Of a stretch of DNA of 64,000 nucleotides, positions 1 to 15,100 are shown one piece after another; position 1 is the stretch's first letter, and each line of letters starts with the position of its first letter. The translations under genes and the position numbers were made by a program. Source of the stretch: an uncultured candidate division WWE3 bacterium (GTDB lineage: Bacteria; Patescibacteriota; WWE3; UBA101185; UBA10185); assembly GCA_903879985.1 (NCBI GenBank), contig CAIRNR010000007.1, positions 585,925 to 649,924 of the forward strand, given 5' to 3'. A model generated the notes under the pieces. It ran no database searches. It saw only the letters and a program-made list of their open reading frames with translations, and had not been told where the DNA came from.

Positions 1-8
1 CTTTTAAA

Positions 9-38
9 TAAAAAAAAGACCCACCAAAAACGGTGAGT
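9..38 (-). terminator. Rho-independent terminator downstream of the giant ORF: 7-bp stem (ACUCACC/GGUGGGU with one G-U pair), 6-nt loop, U8 tail, read on the minus strand
   Basis: Plus-strand sequence aaaaaaaagacccaccaaaaacggtgagt, read as its reverse complement; it lies just 3' of the stop codon at 183. Confidence 0.6.
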
Positions 39-182
39 TTAAACCTAGCCTAAACCCTTGTGGTTACGGCCTTATTAACGTGGTTTACCTCGGCAAGATT
101 TTTACATTTTCCGTGGAACTCTTGAGCAAAAGAGTAGGGGAAAATCCTTGCTGTCTTTGGTTACCTGCGTAGTTTACTATAT

Positions 183-3100
183 TTATTCGACGTTTACAAT
201 CCACCAGTCGAATTTGACGTCTGTATCAACACTGTTGTCGACTGAGACTGTAAATGATGTGCCTTCGTTCTTTTGGCTTACTACAAGCATTTGACCATTT
301 GTTGTGCTTGTAGCTGTTACGAATACCTTAGAATCGGTTTTTATTAGTGAGCTGTTTATTGTTACGGCCTTGTCGCCTGTATTAATTTGAGCACTTCCAA
401 TTGAGTCATTACCGTTGGTATTGTGTTTAACCTTGTATTGCTCAGCAGCTACGACCTTTGCATTGATAGTTCCGTTTGGTTCAAGAACGATCTTTCCGTT
501 AAACATATCAACATTTCCAGCCATTTTACTTTGTAAGTAGAGTGTCTGGCTTTCGCATAGGGCTTTATTGGTGATATCGGTTGATTCACTGTAGCAGGAA
601 GCACCGAGTACGTTTATGGCGTTAGCTATGGTATCGATCTTGATAGAACCGGCCATTAAGTTGCCTGTGATCTTTACGTCAGCGAATGTTGCGTTGCCCA
701 TGACACTTAGATCACTTGTTACTCTTAATACATCGTTGCCATTTTCATCTTTTATGGTTGTCATACCAAGGGTTCCAATAGTGTCTTTAAAGTCAGCAAT
801 GGCCTTGGTAATAGTATCCAATATGGTATTGGAAGCTTTAGCTGAGCTACTTGATTGACTTGTTTCACTTGTTTCGGAGGATTGGCTAGATTCGTCAGTT
901 AATCCAAGTTCTCTGGCAAGTTCAGCATTGGCTGCATTTTGACTATCAACCTTAGCATTAAGTTCTTGCATGGCTTTTACTAAGTAAACTTGTAAGGCTG
1001 ATAGGTTGGTATCAAGGTATTCGGTACCTTTGATAGTGGTTTTACCAACCATATCTGGGAATACTTTTTGTAAATCCTGAGCAATAAAGCCTGTTATGGT
1101 TCTGGCTCTTGTTTTATCGTCATAACCAGATAGGGCATTGTAGTTAAAGGTTGATGGCTGTAATTGCATGATCTTATCAAGGTATCCACCACTTAAGTAG
1201 CTAATGTTTTCTTTTAATCTACTATCTGAGTAGTTTGTAAATGCGGTGAAACCGTTGGCTGCTGGTTGGCCGTTAACAGTTAATGTGTAGTTTGGATTTG
1301 TTGTACCGATTCCGACGTTTCCATTTAGGAGTGTTTCAACAATGCTGGTGTTACCTAGTATTACTTGGTTATCTTTGGTTGTAGATACGCCGTTACCTAT
1401 ACCGATTGAATTCATTGCGTCGACTTTCTGATTACCCATAAACCCGGCATAACCAATAAATATATTGTTTTCTCCTGTAGTTATTGCTGCGCCCGCGTTC
1501 ATTCCGATAGCGGTGTTATATGCACCATCTGTTAGTGAGTTAAGTGTACTTTCACCTATTGCTACGTTGCCACTGCTATTAACCATATTCTCTAAAGCGT
1601 TTATACCTAATGCGGTATTGTATGCGCCAGTGGTTGTTGAAAGCATCGCGTTTAGACCAATTGCTGTGTTGTTGTAACCGTTTGTAACAGCAGCAAGTGA
1701 GTATTTACCTAGGGCTAAGTTACTTTCACCTGTTGTTGTGTGAGAACCTGCATCTACACCAATGTACATATTGTTTTTGGCGGCAGTAGAGGAGCGGATT
1801 TCAAAGTTTAGGGCGCCTGTACTGTCGATAACACTTACAAGAGCGTTGTATTTTCTGCTAATGATGTGTTTGACAGAGATATTTGAAATAGTACCGTCGT
1901 AATCACTGGTTGGTGTGAATACCAATGGTTTAGTGTTATCGGTTACAGTTATATCTGCTATAAAATTGCTGTTGTAGGAATATGGACTGTCTGCTGAAGT
2001 GGTTCCACCCAAGGATAAACTCACATCGCCATTGGTTCTACCTGTTGTTGAGAATTTAACAATATATGATTCACCGTTTGTGAGTGGCAAATTGTTAAAT
2101 ACTGTAAATGTGCCTTCACCAGCTGTATGTGTGAAACCGTCGTTATAGTTTCCTGTCCAGTCGGAAGCCATTGTCCAGTTAGCAGAACTTGTGGATTCGC
2201 TGCCTAATGGCAATACTGAAATGCCCGAAATAGTTCCGTCGAAATCGGCTGTTGGAGTAAATGTTAATGGCTCGTCGTAGTCATATGAAGTTAGTATCAC
2301 GGAGTAGGAGTTGTCGGTTGAATAACTTCCTGATGGCGCATCTTGCATGTCTAATACCACAGAACCTGCAGTTTGATCTGCAATCGTAAAGGAGACCAAA
2401 TAAGATAGTCCTGAGTCAGTTGCAACTGTTCTGGATAATGTAAATGTACTACCTGCGGCATGTATGAATCCATCAGTAAAGTTTCCGGACCAATCTGATT
2501 CAGTTGACCATAATGTGTCATTAGTTAGGTTGGCACTTAATGTTTTTACTGAAATAGCTGAAATAGTACCGTCAAAGTCGTCGGTTGGTGTGAATATTAA
2601 AGGACCCTTATCTTCTGTAGCTTTGACGACGTAGCTAATTGAATCAGTTAGTGTCCCTGATGTTTGTCCACCCAAGCCAACGGTGAATGAACCTGCTGTG
2701 CGACCTGTGACTATGAAGGATACTAGGTATGATTCATCGATTGTTGTACCTACAGGTCTTGATATTGTATCTGTGCCATCACCAGCGGCATGTATAAATC
2801 CATCATTAAAGTTTCCATCCCAACTTGAACCAACTGTCCAAGCGTATTCATCCAAATTTTCACTTCCCACAATGCGGACATTAATAGCTGTTATTGTGCC
2901 GTTAAAGTCATCTGTTGGTGTGAATATTAGTGGGCCGTTTTTTACTGATGCTGTAAGTGTTGCAGTTCCGGTACCAGAGTATCCTGCAGCTGTTTCGCCC
3001 CCAAGCCCTATAGAATATGTTCCTGCTGTTGCACCTGCAACGGTTACATCAATTCTGTAGACATTTCCTACGTCTATCGACATTTCTTTTGATAGTGCAA

Positions 3101-6100
3101 ATGTTCCGGAAGAGTGGGCGAATCCTGTGTTGTAATTACCGGTCCAGCCAGATTGCATAACCCAACCGTTTTCATCTACTAAGTCGGCACCAACCAGCCT
3201 GACGGAAATATTTGAAATTGTTCCGTTAAAGTTTGTTGTTGGTGTGAATATCAATGGGGCATTGTCGGTATCTATTGTTGTATTAAATACTGTCGTGTCA
3301 GTGATTCCTGAAGTTACGTGGTCACCCAAGGTTACATTAACTGATCCAGCTGTTCTGTCTGTGACAGTGAATGAAACTCTGTAAGTATTGGTTGTGGCAA
3401 CCGTCATTGGTCTTGATAATGTGAATGTACCGCTGGAGTGGGCGAATCCTGTGTTGTAATTACCGGTCCAACCAGATTCTTTGGTCCAGCCGGTTGCATC
3501 GGTCATTTCGGCGCCAAGTATTGGAGCGTGTTCAAGGTCTTCGGTTGAGGCAAATGCGAGTTTGGTGGTTGGGTTTGTAGTACCAATTCCAACATTACCT
3601 TTTAAGAGTGTTGTGGAAATAGAATCGTTACCAAGTACAACTTGATTATCGGCAGTTGTAAATGTGTTATCGCCAATAGCTATTGAATTTTGAACATCCA
3701 ATTTTTGTAATGCATTTGTGGCTACATATGCACCGATAAATGTATTGCTTTCTCCTGAGGAAATGCCCTCGGCTGAATGAACACCAATACTTGTGTTTCG
3801 TGAGCCTTTATTATTTGATAAAGCATTTAAACCAATTCCTACATTCCAGCTGCCATCCGTATTTTGGTAAAGTGCTTGATTTCCAATAGCCGTGTTAGAA
3901 CCACCACTAACGTTGTAGAACAAAGCTTCTTTTCCAATAGCAACGTTGGAAAAACCACTTATATTATTGTTCAAAGCGAATGCACCAATGGCTACGTTTT
4001 GACCACCTGTGGTATTGCTTAGTAAGGAATATGTTCCAATAGCAACATTTTCCCAAGCTGTAGTGTTGTTGCTAAGTGCGCTTGTGCCAATAGCCGTATT
4101 TCTTTCACCTGTTAAATTACTCCAAAGAGCTCCATTACCCACAGCAACATTTGCTATACCAGTTGTGTTGGCTGCTAATGCTTCTTTACCAAATGCTACA
4201 TTATCATATCCGGTTGTATTTGCTGTTAATGCGTAGTCTCCGAATGCATTATTGTTTTCGCCCGTTGTGTTGTGATATAGCGCATTAAGTCCAAATGCGG
4301 AGTTGTAACTGGCGGTTGTGTTTGAAAACAATGCATAATCTCCAAATGCATTATTTAAGTTTCCTGTGGTATTAGAATTAAGTGCATATCCACCAACAGC
4401 GGTATTTTGTGAACCGACGGTGTTGCTGTAAAGAGCGCTCAAGCCTAATGCGGTATTTTGTTCTCCGCCTGTATTCATTATCAAAGCGTAGCTTCCAAAT
4501 GCGGAATTTCTATTTCCAGTTGTATTAGAACCTAGTGCGTGGTTTCCTACTGCTATATTGTTGTCGCCACCTGTATATGCTGCACCTGCGCCAACACCAA
4601 TGAAGGTATTATTCATAGCGGCTATGGTTGATCTAATTTCAAAGTTTACAGCATTTGTACTATCGGAAATGCTGAAGATAGCGGCATAAGTTCTGCTATC
4701 AATATGTTTAACTGAAATATTAGAAATTTTTCCATCAAAGTCGTTGGTTGGTGTGAAGATAAGTCTTCCATTATTTGATACGGTTGTGAGCTCAATGGAT
4801 CCTGTTTCTATATAACTAGATGATGTTGTTCCTCCTAAACCAATTGTAAATGAACCAGCTGTTCTTCCAGTTATTGTGAAAGATATTATGTATGCATTAG
4901 CTGCATTAATACTGTTCATATCTCTATATACGGTCATTGTTCCTTCACCTGCAGTGTGTGTAAATCCTGTTGCGTAAGTACCAGACCAATCGGAAGCTTC
5001 AACCCAACTACTAGAGTCGGTAAGTTCAGAGCCGACGGGTAGGGTAGAGATAGCTGAAATTGTTCCATCAAAGTCAGCTGTTGGAGTGATAATAAGTGGC
5101 CCTGTGGTTGTAGCTGTGTTTACATATGTATTTGTATCAGTGAAGCTACCTGATGTTGTTCCACCTAAACCAATCGTAAATGAACCTTGTGTGCGTCCTG
5201 ATACTGTAAATGTTGTCTTATATGAATTTCCGGCTGTAATATCCATGTTTCTGGATAATGTATATACCTCTGTGCCTGGAGTATGTGTGAAACCTGCATT
5301 GTAGTCACCTGTCCATGGTGTTTCGGCTGTCCAGTCGTTAGTGTCGACAAGCTCAGCACCCAAGTGTTTGATTGAAAACTTCATCAGGCCATTAAAGTCA
5401 GCGTCTGGGTGTATTTCAAATGGTCCGTCTTCCACTAAGGCTTCGAATGTAGCGGTTTGGCTATCGTGCCAGAACCAGAATGGGTTGCCTGCGAAAACTA
5501 TGCCAAAGCTTCCTGCAGTACGCCCGGTGATTGTTGCAGCTACCAAGTATTTGTCGTATTGAGTGACGGTCATAGGCATAGTCATGACGTTGGTGTTACC
5601 TGCGTGTACAAAACCCGTACTGTTATCACCAGACCATCCAGAGTCAGATGTCCAGTCATTTTCGTCGACCATGTCACTACCCTTAAGTCTTACAGATATG
5701 TTAGAGATAGTACCGTCAAAATCAGCCGTTGGTGTAATTTTAAGTAGAGCATCATTATTATATGGGTTTAGTACAATAGTTCCAGAACCTTCAACAGTAT
5801 TGATATAATCATCACCTAGGTCTACGGTAAAGGATCCGGCTGTTCTTCCTGTTACCGTATAGCTAACATAGTATTCTGTATCTGCAGCCGCGCTTGTTGG
5901 TTTGGTTAAGTCGGCTGTACTACCAGTAACATGTGTAAATCCACTGGCATAATTACCTGTCCAGTTCTGTTGTTGTGTCCAATCATTTCCAGGTAGGAAG
6001 CTCCTATTGCCTGTTTGTCTTACAGAAATCTTAACTGTTCCGTCGAAATCGTCAGTTGGTGTTAATATCAAAGGTCCATTAGTATCCAAATTATTAATAG

Positions 6101-9100
6101 TTATATAAGAGCTGGATGCGAATAGGTTTGAATCTCCGGCCAAGCTTACGTCAACCTGACCATGTGTTCTGCCTGTAATTGTAACGGCAACATTGTAATC
6201 GCTGCTTGAGTCTATGACCATTGGTCTTGATACTGTATTAGTTCCCTCACCGCTATAATGTGTAAATCCGTCGGCATAATTGCCATTCCATCCTGCTTCT
6301 ACTGTCCAGTTGTCTGCACCTGTAAGTTCTGCGCCGACTTGTGATAAAAAGTCCAAAAATATATACGCATCGGAATCTTGAGTAGGTGTAATAACGATGT
6401 TTTCATTGTTTTGCGTTGGGGTAAGTGTGATTAAGGGCCAGTGATTATCGTTATTTATATTTACGGACTGACCGCCCATGGAAACTGTAAATGATCCTGC
6501 TGAAATTGATAAGTTTTCTATCTGGAGCTGATATGTATCACCCGAGACAACACTTGTAGGTAGATATAAAGATGTGGTTGTTCCGGTGGTATGTGTAAAT
6601 CCGTCATTGTAATTTCCGGACCAACCTGCAACCTCGGACCAATCGTTTTCGTCAAGAAGCTCTGGGCCAAGTTCAATAACTGAAATATTAGATATAGTAC
6701 CGTCAAAGTCTCCTGTTGGAGCGATGATGACTGGTCCGTTGTCATAATATGCTGTGAAAATACCACTATTTGTACCTGTCCAGCCCATACCACCGGTACC
6801 ATTACCTGCTACTGAAACGTCAAACGATCCTGCTGTGCGGTCGGTGACTGTAGCGCTTAGCATATATGCTGTGCCGGTAACAGCACTTGTTGGTCTGGTT
6901 AAAGGTGCGTTATATTTCATACCTGCAATATGTGTAAATCCGGTATTAAAGTCTCCTGTCCAACCTGAGTCCATATTCCATGTAGCACCTGTTGTCATTT
7001 CATCGCCTAATTCTTTTACAGATATACCTTCTATTTTTCCGTTAAAATCATCCGTTGGTGTTATTACCAATGGACTATTATCTTCGGTAGTTGTTAAGTA
7101 CATGATATTTTCACCTGTTTGAGCTGCAGATGTTGCACCACTTAAAGTTACTGTGAATGAACCCGTTGTGGTTCCTGAAGCAACTACGTGTACGAAATAG
7201 TTGCCACCCGAGGCTAAAGTCATAGGTCTAGATAATGCTTTTGTTCCATGGACATGTGTCCAGCCGTTTGTCCAGTTACCTGTCCAACCAGAATCCTTAT
7301 TCCAGTTTGCACTGTTTGTGAGTTCGGATCCTGCACCAACAGCTTTTACGGATATGTTCGAGATTGTGCCATTAAAGTCGCTTGATGGCGTAATGATAAG
7401 TGGCTCATTGTCATTAGCTGGTGTAAATACGCCATAACTTGTTCCGGTCCAGCCCATACCTTCATATGTAGCTCCGCCTACGGAAACGTCGAATGAACCT
7501 GCTGTGCGACCTGTAACTGTAACTGTTGTTAAGTAAGCTGTACCTGCTGTTAATGTTAAAGGTCTACTTATGCTATCTGTAATTCCTGCAACGTGTGTAA
7601 ATCCTGTGGCGTAATTTCCGGTCCAACCTGATAATCCCCATGCTGATTGCTGCAATAGATTTGCGCCTAAACTAATTGCAGAGGTAGTGATTGTTCCGTC
7701 AAAGTCACCACTTGGTCTAAATATTATTGGGGCACTATCACTAGATGCTGTAAATACGTCAAAACCCGATGCTGTCCAGCCATCCGAGCCACGTAAAAGA
7801 CCTGTTACTTGACCGCTGTAGTCTGTATAAACAGTACCTTGTGTACGGTTAGTAACGTTAACTGTTACTAAGGCAGTATTACCAATAGCTTCATCAAGTC
7901 TTCTGGATAAATCGGTACCTTCACCTGGGTTGTGGGTAAAGCCGTCGTTAAAGTTTCCATTCCAAGCAGAGCCCAATACCCAGAACTGATCAGAGAGTAA
8001 TTGATTTCCAACTTTTCTTACGTATATGTAATATATTGTTCCATCAAAGTCACTGGTTGGGGTGATAATTAATGCTCCGCTGGTTGCAGTAACATTTAAG
8101 GATACGGCGTTATTGGCTGTTTGTTCGGTTGAATAAGCTGAATCTGCTAATTTAACTGTAAATGAACCTGCAGTTCTATTTCTAACATCGAAGATTACCA
8201 AATAATCTGAACCACTTGTAAGTGTCATAGAGTTGGATGTAAGAGCCACAGTATCTCCTGCAGTATGTGTGAATCCGTCGTTATAGTTACCTGTCCATCC
8301 AGTTTGTGACGACCAATTACTGCCATTGGTCAATTCAGGCCCCACACCAACTGTTTTAACGGAGATATTAGTAATTTTTCCGTTAAAATCATTAGTTGGT
8401 GTAAATACTAATGGGGCACTATTGTCGTTAGCATTTAAGTCAAATGAACCTGAATCGGTAAATTCGCCTGATGTTTTTCCACCAAGTGAAATAATAAATG
8501 AACCTGCTGTTCTATCTGTTACGGTAAAGGATACTCTGTAGTCGATTCTTTCATATACAGTAACAGGGCGAGATAGGGTAAAGGTACCCGCGTAGTGACT
8601 AAATCCTGTGTTGTAATCGCCGGTCCAGCCAGATTCTTTTGTCCAGTTATTAGCATCAACAAGTTCTGGCCCAAGTACTGGCGCGTGTTCAAGAGCTACT
8701 GTTGAGGCAAGTGATAATTTTGAAACCGGATTGGTTGTACCAATTCCGACATTTCCGTTTAATAATGTTTGTTCGATATCGGTGTTTCCGATTACTATTT
8801 GATTGTTTCTTGTAGTAAATGCGCCGCTACCTAAGGCCATAGAGTTATTTACGTCGTGAGCTTGGAGTGGGTTAGATCCTGTCCAGTTACCTACAAATGT
8901 ATTATTAGTTCCGCTTGTAACAAGAAGCGCGCCGGCTGAGCCTACAACAACGTTTCCAACACCATTTAAGCTTGCTGCGGCTCCGTTACCCATAGCTACG
9001 TTGTATGTTCCAGTTGTATTTGCCGATAAAGCGCCTGCACCTACAGTGGTATTGTAATATCCCGTTGTGTTTGCATAGGAAGCTTGATATCCCACGGCGA

Positions 9101-12100
9101 CATTTTCCCAACCACCTGAGTTGTTAACTAATGCAGAAGTACCTATGGCAGTATTTTTTCCTCCGGTATTGTTGTTTAAGGCGTATGACCCAACGGCCGT
9201 ATTGTAGTAGTTGACTGTGTTTGTAGATAATGCACCGAAACCTAAAGCTGTATTTTCCCAGCCAGTTGTGTTGACGGCAAGTGCAGAAGTTCCTAAGGCT
9301 GTATTTTTCCCGGAGGTTGTGTTGCTCATAAGTGCACCACTTCCTATTGCTGTATTAAATTCACCTGTATTTGCATTCAATGCTTTCCAACCTACCGCGG
9401 TGTTTTCAGTTGATGTTTGGTTAGTAGAAAGTGCCCCGTAACCAAGTGCTGTGTTGTGAACGGCAGTTGTGTTGTTCATAAGTGCCCAATTACCAATTGC
9501 GGTATTTTCTGCTGCTACATTATTTTGTAATGCACTTTCACCTAACGCTACGTTGTTCCAGCCTTCTAAGTTTGAAGATAGTGCATTTATACCAACGGCT
9601 GTATTGTGATTACCTGTAGTGTTATTAACCATTGAGCCATTACCAATGGCGATGTTAAGTTCACCTGTTGTATTTGCATTTAATGCCATATAGCCAATGG
9701 CTGTATTAAAAGATGCTGTAGTGTTTTGAAGCGTGCCATTACCAATTGCGACATTGCGGATTCCCTCAATGTTGTTGGCGAGGGTCATGTCACCAATTGC
9801 AACGTTTTCAGATCCCAATGTGTTGGAAGCAAGAGATCTATATCCAATAGCAGTATCATAGCTACCAAGTGTATTACTTTCCATTGAGCCATTACCAATG
9901 GCAGTATTTCTTCCGCCTCCTGTATTTTGTAGCATTGTATGTGCTCCTACTGCCACATTCTCAGCACCTGTTGTATTAGATCCAAGTGATAGCCACCCTA
10001 AAGCGGTATTCCAGCTACCAATTGTGTTGCTTCCCAAGGCGTTATTACCCACGGCGACGTTACGTACACCCTCAGTATTTAGGAATAATGCTGCCTGGCC
10101 TACGGCCACATTTGCAAAACCTGTTGAGTTAGTTGCAAGTGTTTGCTCACCAAGGGCGGTGTTCCAACCTCCCGTTGTGTTGCTGACCAATGCACGATTT
10201 CCTACTGCCACGTTTCTTTCTCCTGTTGAGTTAATAAATAGTGCGGCTTGACCAATAGCCACATTGTTAACTCCAGTTGTATTAGTTGCAAGAGACTCAC
10301 TTCCGATGGCGGTATTCCAGCTGCCTGTAGTGTTGCTTACCAATGCGCGATTTCCTACTGCAACATTTGCTTCTCCGGTTGTGTTACCTTGCAAGGTCTG
10401 GTTACCAATAGCCACGTTGATAACTCCTGTGGTGTTATTTGCAAGACTGTAATTTCCAATGGCAGTATTCCAGCTACCAATTGTGTTGCTTGATAATGCC
10501 TCTGCACCAATGGCGGTATTCAAGTCTCCTATTGTGTTGCTGCCTAGAGCATCATTACCAACAGCAACGTTTCGTGTTCCGGTTGTATTATATGCAAGAC
10601 TGTTACCTCCAATGGCGGTATTCCAGCTTCCTGTAGTGTTGCTTGATAATGCATTTGTACCGACAGCAGTACCAAGGTCTCCGATTGTGTTGTTTTGTAA
10701 AGCATTATGACCAATCGCAACGTTTTGTGTTCCAACTGTGTTGAGGGAAAGGGCATAGTTACCTACGGCTGTATTCCAGCTTCCTGTAGTGTTGCTTAGT
10801 AACGCATCCACACCAATGGCAGTACCATATTCTCCTATTGTATTGTTGGCTAGGGCATTTTGACCAACAGCAACGTTCTGAATTCCAACTGTGTTGAGGG
10901 CAAGAGCGCGGTGACCTACTGCAGTATTCCATGAAGCGGTCGTATTTGAAATTAGGGCATCCACACCAATGGCAGTATTATATTCGCCTGTTGTGTTTGC
11001 AAATAGGGCGCTACTTCCAACGGCAACGTTATATCCGCCGCCATTATCGTTTTGTAATGCATCTGAACCGATAGCAGTATTCCAGCTTGATTCTTGATTA
11101 CTTCTTAGGGCGTTTACTCCCAAGGCAGTGTTGTTGCTTCCTAATGTATTGGCGCGCATAGCTGATGAACCAATAGCTGTATTTAAAGAACCATAGTTAT
11201 TTTCATGCAAGGCATCATAACCAATAGCGGTGTTGTTGTTTCCTTCTTGATTTTGTCTTAAAGTTTCAGCTCCAAGTGCAGTATTGGCTATACCTGTGGT
11301 GTTAGAACGCATTGCACTTGTACCTACTGCTGTATTTAAAATACCGCTGTTGTTTTCGTGTAAGGCAGAAAAACCTATTGCAACATTATTGTAACCTTCT
11401 TGATTTTGTCGTAAGGCTTCAACACCTATTGCAACGTTATTGTTTCCAAGTGTGTTGCTATACATTGCACCATCTCCAATAGCAATGTTGTATGTGCCGT
11501 TATTTTCGTGCAACGCATATGTACCTATGGCGGTGTTATAACTACCTTCGGAGTTCATTCTCAGCGCTTCAGTTCCCAATGCAATATTTTCATGACCGTT
11601 AGTATTATTATGTAGTGCGGAATCGCCCATAGCCAAGTTTAGATAACCATCGCGGTTTTCATTTAAGGATGCATTGCCAATACCTATGTTATCGTATCCA
11701 GTTGTGTTGTTGTAAAGTGCATTAACTCCTGTAGCTATGTTGTAGGAGCCTGTTGTGTTGTTGAATAATGCTCTGGTTCCTGTAGCCGTATTGTCGATTC
11801 CCGTTGTGTTGTAGTAAAGTGCGCTGGTTCCTGTAGCGACATTTCCATTTCCGCTTGTGTTGTAATACAAAGCGGTTGTACCAAGTGCGGTATTTTCATT
11901 TCCTGTGGTGTTGCTAAATAATGCTCTTGTACCTACAGCTAAGTTATTATAGCCAGTTGTGTTGGAGTAAAGCGTACTAGTTCCGAGTGCTACGTTTTCA
12001 CTGCCTGATGTGTTGTAGCGCATAGAATTGTCACCAATCGCTATATTTTCTTTTCCCACTGTATTTTCGAATAATGCTAAATTTCCCATGGCTACGTTGT

Positions 12101-15100
12101 TATAGCCAGTTGTATTGTTGTAAAGGGTACTAGTACCGGTTGCGGTGTTGTCAGTTCCCGTGGTGTTGCTATATAAAGCACCATCTCCAGTTGCAGTATT
12201 ATAGCTACCTGTAGTGTTGCTAAACAATGCCATACCTCCGATGGCGATATTTTTGTGACCTGATTTATTTGAATATAGCGCTTGCATTCCAATAGCCACA
12301 TTACTAGTTCCAGTAGTGTTATATCTAAGAGCGGACAACCCAATGGCTGTATTTTGTTCACCGGTTGTATTATCTTGCAAAGCGTATGCACCAATTCCTG
12401 TGTTGTATCTTCCTGTGGTGTTAAAGTCTAAAGCGTTTGTACCAAGAGCTACATTTAATGCTCCAGTTGTGTTATGTGAGCCAGAATTTTTGCCCATAAA
12501 TATATTTTCTTGTGCCGCTAGTGTAGATCGTAATTCAAAAGCTACGGCACCTGTACTGTCAATAATAGTGACTAGGGGCCCGTAAGTTCCGGTAATTGGT
12601 TTAACTGAAATATTTGAAATAGTACCGTCGAAATCGGATGTTGGTGTAAATACTAATGGGCCGTCTTGTGTTTCTATTACTGTATTCAAAGTATTTGTGT
12701 TGTTAATACTGCTGGATGTTACCCCGCCTAGGGTTACTGTAAATGAACCAGCTGTGCGTCCGGTAACGGTAAAAGATGTTTTGTAATTTTGGCCCTGATC
12801 AACCGACATGGTTCTCGAAATGGTATTGGTATTGCCAACTTCGTGTGTAAAGCCATCATTGTAGTTTCCGGTCCAACCAGCATCTTCTGTCCAATCATTG
12901 GAGTCAGTTATTTCAGTGCTTAAAGGTACTAAATGTATGTCTCTTATAAGTCCATTAACATTGGCTGATGGTACGATTGTGATTGGGGCATTGTCTGTAT
13001 TGGCGGTTAACATGCGATAAGTACTGCCTTGAATACCTTCTGTTCGTTGATTTCCGAGTCCTAATGAAAAATCACCTAGTGATAAGTTGTTAACTATTGC
13101 ATCAATTCGGTAGGTTGTTCCGGATAGGGTAGCGGCGGGTCTACTTAAAGGTGCATTTCCCACAACTCTTTGGAATCCGTCATTGTAATTACCTGTCCAG
13201 CTTGGTGTAGCTACCCAGTTGGTGTCGTTTAGTAATTGTGGTCCGTAATCTTTAACTGATACGTTAGTAAATGTACCGTTAAAGTCGGATGTAGGTGTTA
13301 ATACCAATCTTCCATTATCAATGCCTGGTTGGAAGCTGGCAGTTTGGCTATCATGCCAGAAGTTAAAATCGTCGCCACCAAAATTCACGTCGAATGCGCC
13401 ATTTGTTCGGTTTGCAACGGTTATTGCTACACGGAATAGTTGTCCTGCAGTATAACTTGGTACGCCAAATGATAAGGCATCTGTGTTTCCTGTTACGTGT
13501 GTTAATCCATCATTGTAGTTGCCAGTCCATGTTGTTGTGTCTGCTGGTGTACTCCAGGTGGCATAGTTCAACATGTCGTTAGCACTTGTTTGTCTAACGG
13601 ATATTCCTGTTATGGTTCCGACAAAGGTATCATCAGAAGAAATATGCAATGGGGCATTATCTGCCTTTGCAGTCAATTCATTTACTTGGTTTGGATAACC
13701 TCCTCGTGGGTACACTATATCAGTTGAATCTCCTAATGTAGTTGGTAGTTGTATTTGGGAGCTTCCTGTAGCTGACATTGTTATTTCATATGTATTTCCT
13801 GAGGTTACGCCCAATGCTTCTGTAAGCATGTAATCTGTACTATCAAGTGTGTGAGTAAAGCCATCGGTGTAATTTCCTGACCATGATGATGTAGCGGTCC
13901 AGTTTGTATCATCCACAAGATTTGTGTCTACTATTTGACGAATACTCATGTGTTGTACAGAACCATCAAAGTCATTAGATGGCGTAAACACCAATGGAAT
14001 ATTATCTCCGTCTGCGGTAACCTCTTGCATAAGACTTCCCCAGCCTCCAGTTATGCTGCCACTTGTTTGTCCTCCAAAAGTTTCTGTAACGGATCCGTGT
14101 GTTTCGTTAAATACATCAAAGCGTAGTAGATAATCCGCACCGGAAGTTACGCTAGTATTACCTGTAAGGACATCGGTGCCTCCTTCGTATGTATGTTGGT
14201 AAATGTAATCACTTCCAAAAGCGGTATGCCATTCGGATCCCATAGTTACGCTGTCTATATATTGTGGATCTAGTACGCGTTTAACTGAAATGTCCGAAAT
14301 GGTTCCGTCAAAGTTTGCCGATGGAACTATTACAATATTTTGATTATCGCTACCCGAAGTTGCTATAAGGTCTGACCCGGTGGAACTTACGTTATATCCA
14401 CCTGTATCACCTATATAAATCCTAAAGTATCCTTGAGTTCTTCCAGTCACCGTATATTGTACTAAGTAGGTGCCATTTCCTGCGGGTAGAGTAATTGGTC
14501 TGGAAATCGATCTTACATTGGCTGTATGTGTGAATCCGTCTGTAAAGTTTCCACTCCAGCCTGTACCTAGTGTCCAGGAAGCGTCGGTGGCAAGTTGTGG
14601 GCCTTTAAGTTTAAGATTATATGCCCATACATCCCCATCAAAATCGGAAGTTGGAGTTATAACAAGAGGTGTGTTACTGACTGTTGCCGCGAATTCAAGT
14701 GTGCAGTTGGTGTTATTGCTGCAAGTATGGGTAACACCTCCAAGTGATACTGTATAGGAGCCACCTGTAGCGGTCCAAGAACCAACTTCTATGGAATAGG
14801 AGTTTCCTGAAACCACTGAGGTTGGGTTACTTAGTGTAATAGTATTTCCGGTGCTATGTATAAATCCACTATCACCATCATAGGTCCATCCATTGAATGT
14901 GGGAACGCCTGTCCAAGTAGAAAAATTAAGTAAGTTTGTACCAGCACCATTTAGCGTTAAGGAATACAGGTCTACATAACTTCCATCAAAGTCAGCAGTA
15001 GGTGTGATTACTAAAGGAAGATTATTGCCACTCGCGGTGAATGTTAAAATGCATTCGGTGTCATTTTCACATGTTTGTGTTTGATCACCGAGAGTAACTG

